Part shown: in pieces, positions 47,976 to 56,188 of the stretch
Layout: each line of letters opens with the position of its first letter
Position numbering within the stretch: the stretch's first letter is position 1
Origin: an uncultured Gemmatimonadaceae bacterium
GTDB taxonomy: Bacteria; Gemmatimonadota; Gemmatimonadetes; Gemmatimonadales; Gemmatimonadaceae
DNA: 64,000 nt
Assembly: GCA_963751275.1 (NCBI GenBank)
Contig: CAVVTZ010000007.1
Coordinates: forward strand, 288,001-352,000
Reading direction: 5' to 3'
Made by a program: the position numbers and the translations under genes
Notes under the pieces: generated by a model
Database searches by the model: none
What the model was told of the DNA's origin: nothing
What the model saw: the letters and a program-made list of their open reading frames with translations, nothing else

Positions 47976-50029
47976 ACGGCGGCCAGCGGCCGCTCCGCAT
48001 GCCACTCCACGATCTTCCCGGCGATGGCGGAGGCGGCCACGGTGTAGGGCGACGCGAGGTAGAGCTGCCCCGGGCCCGACCGGCCGGGGAAGTTCCGGTT
48101 GATCGCGGAGATCGTGACCTCGTTCTTCGTGCGCGACACGCCCGGTCCCGCGTTGATGCACGCGCCGCAACACGGTTCGATGAACGTCGCGCCCACCGCG
48201 GCGAACGTCCTGTCGTAGCCCTGCTCGCGGCAGTACGCGAACACCTCCTGCGAGCCGCACTGGATGAAGCACTGCACGCCCTCGTGCACCCGCTCGCCGC
48301 GCTCGAGCGCCTCGCGGAAGACGCGCGCGTACATGTCCATGTCCTCCTTCTTCCCGGCGGTGCACGAGCCGGCGTAGGCGATGTCCACTTTCACGTCGCC
48401 TCGAGCTCGTCGACGTACATGCCGTTCCCCGGATCGCCCGGCAGCGCGATCATCGGCCGCAGCGCGCCGGCGTCGATCTCGATCACCTTCACGTACTCGG
48501 CGCCGGCATCCGAGAAGAGCCCCTCGCACAGCGCGCGCGCGGCGGCCGCCGTCATCCCGCGCTGCGCGACGAGGTACTCGACGGTCTTCTCGTCGGGCGC
48601 GATGATCCCCGTGAAGGCGCCGACCTCGGCCGCCATGTTGGTCATCGTCGCGCGCTCGTCCACCGAGAGCGACTGCACGGCTTCGCCCGCGTACTCGACG
48701 ATCTGGCCGATCGCCTCGCCGTTCTTGATGTACGGATGGCGCAGGATCTCGAGCATGAAATCCTTGGCCGTCACGTTGTCCGGCTTCCGCCCCTTCACCA
48801 GCACCTTGAACGATTTCGGGACCTCCACGCGCACGTCCTTCGTGATCCACGAATTGAAGATCGCCGTGGTGCCCACGCCGAATGCGATGCAGCCCACCGC
48901 GCCGGCGTGCGGCGTGTGCGAATCGCTGCCGATGATGATCTGCCCCGGCAGCGCATGCGCCTCGAGGATCTTGCTGTGGCAGATCGCCTCGGAGCCGGCG
49001 GAGTTGAGCGCGCCCATCAGGTTCAGCCGCTTGTCGAGCTGCCCGTAGAGCTTGATGCCCTTGGCCGCGGCGAACTCGCGCTGCTTCTGCTCGAGCTGGT
49101 TCGCGACGTCGAGCAATCCCATCTCGACGTGCTCCGGCCGCATCACCTGGTCGAGGAAGGTGAGATGGTCGCGGAAGAAGAACACCGACGAGGGATCGTT
49201 GATCGGCTCGTCCTTGCCCACCAGCTCCTCGAAGAAGATCGCCGACATCGGCGTCACGTACTCGTGGCTGAAGCGGATGTCGGTCTGCACGAACCCTTCG
49301 TCGCCCGGGCGCACGGCGGGAATCGCCCGTCTGCCCCGCGGCCGCGTCGCGCACCCAGTGCTTCGCGAAGATCTTCTCCGCGATCGTCATCGGACGCGGC
49401 GCGGTGGTGATCGCCGGCACCGCCACCTTCCCCTGCAGCCGCGCCACGTTGTAGTTGAACAGCCCGCCGTACTCGATGATGCCGCGCGTGATCTCGCCCT
49501 CGCCCTTCGTGAACTCGGTGAGCGGGATCTCCTCGCCGCGGCGCACCCGCTCGATCAGCCCGAAGTCCGTGCTCGCGAACACGCCGAGGTTCTGGCAGTT
49601 CTCGCGGTAGATGCGCTCGATGTTCTCGGCGATCACCAGCTTGATCCCCGCCATCATCTCCGCGTAGGGCGACTGCTCGCGCGATGAGCCTTTGCCGCGG
49701 CGCTTGCCCGACACGCTCACCACGAAGCCGCCCTTCTTGACCGAGCCGCGTGTGACCGGGAATTCCTCGCCGCACTTGAGGCCAAGGTACGGGAATTCGC
49801 CCAGCGTCTCGTCGAAGTAGTAGCAGATGTACGCGGGGGTTATTTCGTCGGTGCTGATATTGTCGCGCAGGGACAGCGTCTGGTCACCCAGCGTATGGTA
49901 CGGCAGGTCCTCGCCCGCGAGCTGGCGGCGCACGAGCTCCGGATCGGTCGCGAGGAAGAGCACGCGGCCGTCGAAACGCATCCGGTCGGGGACCTTCGAG
50001 ACGGGACGGGCGAGCAGACTCTTGATCAT
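47972..50029 (-). CDS. Aconitase-superfamily hydratase, swivel (LeuD-like) domain fused N-terminally to LeuC-like domain; frameshifts ~49320 and ~48395
   Basis: 'NISTDEITP', 'GKGSSREQ', 'MTIAEKIF', 'DH', 'ICH', 'GSDSHT', 'GSCT', 'CGACIN', 'NRNFPGRSG'. Confidence 0.88.
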   Translation of the reverse strand: MIKSLLARPVSKVPDRMRFDGRVLFLATDPELVRRQLAGEDLPYHTLGDQTLSLRDNISTDEITPAYICYYFDETLGEFPYLGLKCGEEFPVTRGSVKKGGFVVSVSGKRRGKGSSREQSPYAEMMAGIKLVIAENIERIYRENCQNLGVFASTDFGLIERVRRGEEIPLTEFTKGEGEITRGIIEYGGLFNYNVARLQGKVAVPAITTAPRPMTIAEKIFAKHWVRDAAAGQTGDSRRAPGRRRVRADRHPLQPRVRDADVGDLLRGAGGQGRADQRSLVGVLLPRPSHLPRPGDAAGARRDGIARRREPARAEAARVRRGQGHQALRAARQAAEPDGRAQLRRLRGDLPQQDPRGACAAGADHHRQRFAHAARRRGGLHRIRRGHHGDLQFVDHEGRARGGPEIVQGAGEGAEAGQRDGQGFHARDPAPSVHQERRGDRPDRRVRGRSRAVALGGRARDDDQHGGRGRRLHGDHRARREDRRVPRRAARDDGGRRARAVRGALLGCRRRVREGDRDRRRRAAADDRAAGRSGERHVRRRARGDVKVDIAYAGSCTAGKKEDMDMYARVFREALERGERVHEGVQCFIQCGSQEVFAYCREQGYDRTFAAVGATFIEPCCGACINAGPGVSRTKNEVTISAINRNFPGRSGPGQLYLASPYTVAASAIAGKIVEWHAERPLAAV

Positions 50030-50061
50030 GAGCAGGGGCGGGAGGATTCTTCCAAGATACC

Positions 50062-50228
50062 TGAAAGGCGCGTGTGGCGACTAGTACCGCTCGAGGAGCG
50101 CGTCTAGGAGGCAGCGTGTAGTACGGCAGGGCGGGAGTAGCTGCCGCAGCCACTCCCGCCCTGTCGTACTACACGCTGCCTACCAGACGCGCTGTTTCAG
50201 CTGTACTAGCTGCTACACGCGCCTTTCA
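50062..50228. repeat. Family B palindrome, copy 4
   Basis: TGAAAGGCGCGTGTGGCG...GCTACACGCGCCTTTCA with the same core as the other copies. Confidence 0.92.
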
Positions 50229-50234
50229 ATCCGT

Positions 50235-50744
50235 CTAGATCACGCCGCGGTAGCCGCGGTACCCGCGATTCGCGTGTGGGTGCGGGCCCATGCTCCCGCG
50301 ACCCATGCGGCCGTAGTTCATCCCGCCGCGGCCCATTCCGCGGTAGCCGGCGCGACCGCGCGGCATGCCACGGTACTGCATCCGGCCATAGTTCGCGCGC
50401 CCGTAGCGCATCGCGCCGTAATTCATCCGGCCGTAACCCGCGCGGCCGTAGTGCATCGCTCCGTAGTTCATCCGGCCGTAGCTCGCGCGGCCATAGTTTG
50501 CGCGGCCGTAGCGCATTTGCGCACCGTATCTTTTGCCCGCTCGCCCCGGCCCACGATACCAGGAATTCGCGCCAACACGCTGCCACTGGTAGCCGCGCAT
50601 CGCCTGGCGCTGTCCGCCGTGGCGCTGAACTGGTGTGGCAACGGTCGCCGGTGCCGGGGTCGTGGCAGTCGCCTGCGCGAGCGCCGGTGTCGCGACAGCC
50701 GCTGCGATCGCGGTGCTGAGTACCATCGAAACGATGCGCTTCAT
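50235..50744 (-). CDS. Secreted low-complexity protein with xxYGR pentapeptide repeats
   Basis: Signal peptide ending ALA|Q; SD GGAGAG; 10 tandem 5-aa units. Confidence 0.8.
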   Translation of the reverse strand: MKRIVSMVLSTAIAAAVATPALAQATATTPAPATVATPVQRHGGQRQAMRGYQWQRVGANSWYRGPGRAGKRYGAQMRYGRANYGRASYGRMNYGAMHYGRAGYGRMNYGAMRYGRANYGRMQYRGMPRGRAGYRGMGRGGMNYGRMGRGSMGPHPHANRGYRGYRGVI

Positions 50745-50955
50745 GATCTCTCTCCGTTAATGCCTGTCGTGCAGTACGTGCGCTGCACGACGAACGATGA
50801 ACGCTGTTGAGTCAGACGGAGCCTGCCGCCCAACGTTAAGAGGCACTAGCGTTTGCGACAAAACGTGCTAGACTTACCCCGCGTCCTGGCCTGTTCTCCG
50901 GCTCTTGGCGTATCCTGTTGTCTGACAACGACTTAATTGCAAAACCGAGGGTTCC

Positions 50956-52089
50956 TTGACCCTGCCGATGTCCCCGCCTCAGCCCGCCAAGCCTGAGGTA
51001 GTCGAGCCCGCGAGCGTGAATTTCCCGCTGAGCTGGCTTCTGGAGAATGGATCAGTACCGATACAGTATCGCGCCATAACAGAGGTGGCGCGCGGAACGT
51101 TGACGGAGCCGCAGAAGCTCTCGATCCTTCCTTACTCGTATCCGCCGGCCATCCAGCTCGCGCTCACGCAACGCCCCGATGGCACCTGGAATGGCGAGAT
51201 GCTGTCCATTCCCGCCGCGCGCTCCGAGCAGCACGAGGGCATTGGCACGATCATCGCCGTGCGCCGCCTCATCGAATACGGCTGGGACAAGGAGTCGCCG
51301 CCGCTCCTGCTCGCGCGACGCGCGCTCTTCCGGCTGCTCGCCGAGGACGAGGACCCGGCATTCCTCTACGAGCTCGCCGGCAAGGGGAAGATGGACCCCG
51401 AGGCGGTGCGCGTCGGACGCGGGATCCTGCGCGAAGCGGCCGCGGCCGTGCTCGCACAGGCGGGCTACGAGAACGATCCGCGCCTGCGCGGAGTCGCGCG
51501 GCGCATGGTCGAGCGGCTCGACGTCTTCCTGCGCAGTCCGCACGCCGCGAAGCCCTTCGCGCGCGTGGGCAACCAGCACGTGCTCGTGCCCGAGGCCGCT
51601 CCGCCCTCGGTGCACACCCTCATGATGCTCGCGCACATGCCGCTCTTCCGCAGCGAGCACTACGGCACGCTCGACAAGCTGTACAACTACCTCACGCAGC
51701 CGGTGCCGCGCGCCACCGCGGCGATGCGCGTCGGCCGCAAGGTGATCGAGATGCCGCATCTCGTCATGGGCGATCCGCTGCCCCACCGCAACGCCGCCGA
51801 CGTGGACGTGCCCGGCGCGCTCTGGTGGCTCGAGATGCTCTCGCGGCTCGGCTTCCTCCGCCGGAACGAGAATTGGTCGAAGCTCTACGACCGCTTCCTC
51901 GACGACTGCGACAACCGCGGCGTGTGGGAGCCGCCCAAGCGCGCGGCGGTGATGAAGTCGGCCAATCCCTTCGTGTGGCCGAGCTTCCCGCTCGAGCCGC
52001 ACGCGACGGCCGAGGACAGGCTCGCCAATGTCACCTTCCGGCTGGGGCTCATCGGCCGGTACGCGGGCAGGGGACTGAAGGTCGGTTGA
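50956..52089 (+). CDS. Hypothetical protein, possibly prenyltransferase/terpene-cyclase-like alpha-barrel
   Basis: 'WLLE...IQYR', QW-like 'QRPDGTW'; coding-like codon usage. Confidence 0.65.
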   Translation: MTLPMSPPQPAKPEVVEPASVNFPLSWLLENGSVPIQYRAITEVARGTLTEPQKLSILPYSYPPAIQLALTQRPDGTWNGEMLSIPAARSEQHEGIGTIIAVRRLIEYGWDKESPPLLLARRALFRLLAEDEDPAFLYELAGKGKMDPEAVRVGRGILREAAAAVLAQAGYENDPRLRGVARRMVERLDVFLRSPHAAKPFARVGNQHVLVPEAAPPSVHTLMMLAHMPLFRSEHYGTLDKLYNYLTQPVPRATAAMRVGRKVIEMPHLVMGDPLPHRNAADVDVPGALWWLEMLSRLGFLRRNENWSKLYDRFLDDCDNRGVWEPPKRAAVMKSANPFVWPSFPLEPHATAEDRLANVTFRLGLIGRYAGRGLKVG

Positions 52090-52162
52090 ACCTCCCGCTG
52101 AAAAACGCTTCACGTTCAGCGCGCCTCGTGCCTCGATCCGGCCGTTCGAGGCACGAGGCACG

Positions 52163-53038
52163 ATGAGCGCGAAACGCCTCACCGCCGCCGAGATGTACCC
52201 GGCCGGCGTCCCGGGCATCTCGGCGCGCTTCATCAAGACCGCATCGGGCATCCGCGTGCGCATCATTGAATCGGGGCCGGACGACGGGCCGCCGATCGTG
52301 CTGCTCACCGGCTGGGGCGGCTGCGTCTACGCCTATCGCAAGAACATCCCGGCGCTCGCGGCCGCGGGGCTGCGCGTGATCGCCGTGGACATGAAGGGGC
52401 AGGGGCTGAGCGACAAGCCGTCGGACCCCGCCGAGTACACGCTGCCGAGCATGACATCGCACGTGCTCGAGGTGCTCGACGCGCTCGGCCTGAAGAAGCT
52501 GCGGCTCGTGGGGCAGAGCATGGCGGGCAAGATCGCGGCGCAGGTCGCGCTCGAGGCGCCAGCCCGCGTGGAGCGGCTGGCGCTCATCGGCGCGGTGGGC
52601 GTGGGGCGCGTGACCGGATTGTCCTTCGTCAAATACCTGCCGATGCGCTCGTTCGACCTGCTCGACTCGGTCACCTCGCGGTGGACCTTTCGCGCGGTGC
52701 TGGAGCGCGCCTACGGATCGCTCGCACGACCCACCGCGCGCGACACCGAGGAGTACTTCGCGCCCACCGCCGACCCCAATTTCGTGCGCGCGCTCTTCCT
52801 GCTGCTGAAGGAGTTCGACTGGCGCCTGTTCACCCCCGAGGAGCTCGCGCGCTTCTCGATGCCGGTGCTGATCATCGCCGGCACCGAGGAGCGGATCGTG
52901 ACGTCGGACCGCGCCGAGCGCGTCGCGGCGCGGATGCCCGATGCACGGGTGGTGCTGGTGCAGGGGGCGGGGCACGTCGTGAACGAGGAGGCGCCGGAGC
53001 AGTCGAACCAGGCGCTCGTGGCGTTCTTCGCGCCGTAG
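52163..53038 (+). CDS. Alpha/beta hydrolase
   Basis: 'DMKGQGLSDKP', 'GQSMAG', 'AGHVVNEE'. Confidence 0.88.
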   Translation: MSAKRLTAAEMYPAGVPGISARFIKTASGIRVRIIESGPDDGPPIVLLTGWGGCVYAYRKNIPALAAAGLRVIAVDMKGQGLSDKPSDPAEYTLPSMTSHVLEVLDALGLKKLRLVGQSMAGKIAAQVALEAPARVERLALIGAVGVGRVTGLSFVKYLPMRSFDLLDSVTSRWTFRAVLERAYGSLARPTARDTEEYFAPTADPNFVRALFLLLKEFDWRLFTPEELARFSMPVLIIAGTEERIVTSDRAERVAARMPDARVVLVQGAGHVVNEEAPEQSNQALVAFFAP

Positions 53039-53297
53039 CGCCAACGCGGTGCGACCCGTTACATTATCCAAGCTCGCATCGAGCTGAAGACTGCGTTCTT
53101 CGCACTCGCGCAGGCCGCCCGCAAACGCGGAGCGGGGATATGAGAGTGCCTCAGGTCGCTGGACCGCACGAGACCTCGTTCATACGACTGGATCCGCGCG
53201 GGTGCCGCAGCGCAATTGCGCCGCGGCAAAAAAATCGAGTGCCGGCGCAGCGCCGCGAAAGCGGCTTGGCGAGCGACCACGGCACCGTGAGAGTGAA

Positions 53298-54446
53298 ATG
53301 ACTGACACAATCGAAAGTGCCGTCACCTTCGAATCGCTCGGCCTCGCGCCGGCGCTCCTGAAGGCGGTGGCGGATGCCGGATACGAGCATCCAACCCCGA
53401 TCCAGGTGAACGCGATCCCGCTCGCCCTGCAGGGGCGCGACGTGATTGGCCTCGCCCAGACCGGAACGGGCAAGACGGCCGCGTTCACGCTGCCACTGAT
53501 CCAGCGTCTGATGGGCGGCCCGCGCCGCGCGCGCTGCCTCGTGCTCGCCCCCACGCGCGAACTCTGTGCGCAGGTGAAGGAGAGCTTCACGAAGTACGCG
53601 AAGCACAGCGGCCTGAAGGTGGCCGAGGTCTACGGCGGCGTGCCGCTCGGACCGCAGGAACGCGCGCTGCGCGGCGGGGTCGATGTGGTGGTCGCGACGC
53701 CGGGCCGGCTCATCGATCATCTCGAGCGCCAGAACGTGGTGTTCGACGATCTCGAAGTGCTCGTGCTCGACGAAGCGGACCGCATGCTCGACATGGGCTT
53801 CGCGCCGCAGATCAACAAGATCGTCGCGCAGCTGCCGAAGTACCGGCAGACGCTGCTCTTCAGCGCGACGATGGTGGCCGAGGTCGAGGCGCTGGCGCGG
53901 AAGTACCTGCGCAAGCCGATCGTCGTGCAGATGGGGCTGCGGACGCAGGCGGTGGACACCGTGGCGCACGCGGTGTACCCGGTGCCGAAGGAGCGGAAGA
54001 CGGCGCTGCTGGTGGAGCTGCTCAAGAAGGACGGCATGGATTCAGTGCTCGTGTTCACGCGCACGAAGCACGGGGCGGACCGCGTGGTGCGGCACCTCGA
54101 GAAGGCGGGCATCGACGCCGATGCCTTCCACGCCGACAAGTCGCAGGGCCAGCGCACCTCGGCGCTCGCGTCGTTCAAGAGCGGCAAGACGAAGGTGCTC
54201 GTCGCGACGGACATCGCGCAGCGCGGCCTGGATATCGCGGGCATCTCGCACGTCATCAACTACGACGTGCCCGCCCAGCCGGAAGACTACGTGCACCGCA
54301 TCGGCCGCACGGGCCGCGCGGCGGCCACCGGCGATGCGTACACGCTCATGTCGCCGGACGAGATCGGGACGGTGCGACTCATTGAGCGAGTATTGGGGAC
54401 GCCGATCCCGCGGGTCTCTGTGCCGGGCTATGACTTTGGGACGTAG
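53298..54446 (+). CDS. DEAD-box RNA helicase (RhlE-like, no C-tail)
   Basis: Q motif, 'AQTGTGKT', 'PTREL', 'TPGRL', 'DEAD', 'SAT', 'HRIGRTGR'. Confidence 0.95.
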   Translation: MTDTIESAVTFESLGLAPALLKAVADAGYEHPTPIQVNAIPLALQGRDVIGLAQTGTGKTAAFTLPLIQRLMGGPRRARCLVLAPTRELCAQVKESFTKYAKHSGLKVAEVYGGVPLGPQERALRGGVDVVVATPGRLIDHLERQNVVFDDLEVLVLDEADRMLDMGFAPQINKIVAQLPKYRQTLLFSATMVAEVEALARKYLRKPIVVQMGLRTQAVDTVAHAVYPVPKERKTALLVELLKKDGMDSVLVFTRTKHGADRVVRHLEKAGIDADAFHADKSQGQRTSALASFKSGKTKVLVATDIAQRGLDIAGISHVINYDVPAQPEDYVHRIGRTGRAAATGDAYTLMSPDEIGTVRLIERVLGTPIPRVSVPGYDFGT

Positions 54447-54496
54447 TTCGTGGTGGAACTCATCGCTGATCGGGTGAGTCGAGCGGGAACACATTT

Positions 54497-54711
54497 ATCA
54501 CGGTAGAAGTTTCGGCCGGATCAACCGGATGACTCGGATTAACCGGATACATCCATGCGCCTGGCTTGCACCATGCGCTGTTCGTGTGGTTGTACTTGTT
54601 GTTAACCACAAGAACAAAGCTCGCTCGCGACGAATCGCCCAGAATGCGCCGCGAAGCAATCCGGCTGATCCGAGTCATCCGGTTGATCCGGCCGAAACTT
54701 TGAACCGTGAT
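54497..54711. repeat. Family D TIR element, copy 2
   Basis: GTAGAAGTTTCGGCCGGATCAACCGGATGACTCGGAT and its inverse; central CTTGTTGTTAACCACAAG. Confidence 0.88.
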
Positions 54712-54735
54712 GCCAGCCTGGGGCAGTGCTGCCGG

Positions 54736-55161
54736 TCAGTGCGATCGGCGCACACGCCCGAGTCGCGAGACGGTGACGGTGTCGGCTGCCGTGCCTCGTC
54801 GCACGATGAGCGTGGTGTTCGCGGCGCCGTAGCCCCGGCCGCTCGGGCCGTAGATGATGGTGTCGCGCGAGGCTTCGAGCGTGATGCCGAGCTCGGCGCC
54901 GAACTGGTGGATGAGCACGGTGTCGCGCTCGACGGTCAGGAGCGCCGCGGCCGCGGCGGTGTCGAAGGCGACCACGGCGCGCGCGTCGCGCCGCTGGGCC
55001 GCCGAGCGGGCGGCGCGGAGCGTGGCGACGATCTCGGTGACACCGTCGCGGACGATCGCGTGATCGCGCGCTTGTTGCACGCGTGGCGCCGCGAGGGCGG
55101 TAAGCGTCCCCGTGATGGTCAGCACGATCAGCAACTCGGGCAGGGTGTGGCCGGCGGGCAT
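54736..55161 (-). CDS. Prepilin-type (GspH/FimT-like) pseudopilin
   Basis: 'G|HTLPELLIVL' N-methylation motif; 'VTVSRLGRVR' C-terminus. Confidence 0.8.
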   Translation of the reverse strand: MPAGHTLPELLIVLTITGTLTALAAPRVQQARDHAIVRDGVTEIVATLRAARSAAQRRDARAVVAFDTAAAAALLTVERDTVLIHQFGAELGITLEASRDTIIYGPSGRGYGAANTTLIVRRGTAADTVTVSRLGRVRRSH

Positions 55162-55269
55162 GCGGTCTCCTGGTTCGGTGGCGGGTATATTGCGTGCCGG
55201 CCGCCGGGGGAGTGGCATCGAACGTCGGCACAGCGCATCGTTTCACCTCCTTGAACGCGCCGGGATACC

Positions 55270-55518
55270 GTGAAGATCACGATCGAATACTGCACGATCT
55301 GAAACTACGAACCACGCGCCACCGGTCTGGCGGCGGAGATCAAGGCGAAACACCCCGACGCGACCATCGAGCTCGTGCCGTCGAAGGGCGGGCGTTTCGA
55401 GGTGTCGATGGACGGGCGGGCGATCTTCGAGAAGTCGAAGGTCGGCCGGCATGCGGAACCGGGGGAGATCCTGGCCAAGATCGCGGCCGCCGCAAAGGGC
55501 GCCCAGGGCGGGAAATGA
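55270..55518 (+). CDS. SelW/SelT/SelH (Rdx) family selenoprotein, Sec at TGA 55300-55302
   Basis: Reads MKITIEYCTI-U-NYEPRATGLAAEIKAKHPDATIELVPSKGGRFEVSMDGRAIFEKSKVGRHAEPGEILAKI...; CxxU, 'GxFEV' and 'IF.K...R' are Rdx hallmarks. Confidence 0.92.
55303..55337 (+). promoter_or_regulatory. Putative bacterial SECIS element
   Basis: CGCCA-CCGGTC-TGGCG hairpin whose GGTCTG resembles the E. coli fdhF SECIS loop region, about 20 nt after the UGA. Confidence 0.7.
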
Positions 55519-55600
55519 GGGCGCGGCTGGGTATGGCGCTTTTTCGAGTTCGCGGGGTATGCTTGGACGTGCCCGGAGGGTCGGGCGACGAGGAGAAGCA

Positions 55601-56188
55601 ATGACAGTCCGGTGGTTGGTCGTTGGCGTTTGGAACCTCACGGTGTTGGTCGCGAGCCCCGCGGGCGCCCAGAGCGCGTCGGGGAGTTCCGCCGTGCCGG
55701 ACGGCTTCAAGCCGCCGGCGGGGATGTGCCGCATCTGGATCGACGGCGTGCCCGCGGACCGGCAGCCCGCGCCCACCGATTGTGCGACGGCGGTGCGCCG
55801 CCGGCCGGCGAACGCGCACGTCGTGTTCGGCGATCAGCCGGCCGCGAGCGTTTCGACGCCGGGCAATCCGGCGCCGTCGAATGCGTCGTCGTCCGTGCCC
55901 GCGTCGGCCGCGCCCCTCTCGGTGCATGAGACGGCGGCGCCGGACGTGAAGCCCGAGTTCAAGAGCGAACCGCGTCCCGCCGGCATGGGCGGCGGGCCGA
56001 CGCCGGTCGCGAACTTCGGCGCGGGCGCGCCACCCGCTTTCATCGTGCACACCGCGCCGCGTCCGGCGAGCCACGCGCCGGCGCCCCCGACGGCGGCGCG
56101 TCCGGCCGCACCGCATGGCGGCCAGACCTCGGCGACGCAGAAGTCCACGGCCCCCGTGCCCGTGAAGCATCCGCCGCGCGGCCACTGA
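55601..56188 (+). CDS. Secreted hypothetical protein with a Cys-pair motif and Pro/Ala-rich tail
   Basis: SD AGGAG; signal peptide; 'PPAGMCRIWIDGVPADRQPAPTDC'. Confidence 0.7.
   Translation: MTVRWLVVGVWNLTVLVASPAGAQSASGSSAVPDGFKPPAGMCRIWIDGVPADRQPAPTDCATAVRRRPANAHVVFGDQPAASVSTPGNPAPSNASSSVPASAAPLSVHETAAPDVKPEFKSEPRPAGMGGGPTPVANFGAGAPPAFIVHTAPRPASHAPAPPTAARPAAPHGGQTSATQKSTAPVPVKHPPRGH

Noticed and set aside
55194..55604. ORF-track 136-aa ORF over the SelW locus
   Set aside because: It is the wrong frame. The Rdx-like reading frame starts at 55270.
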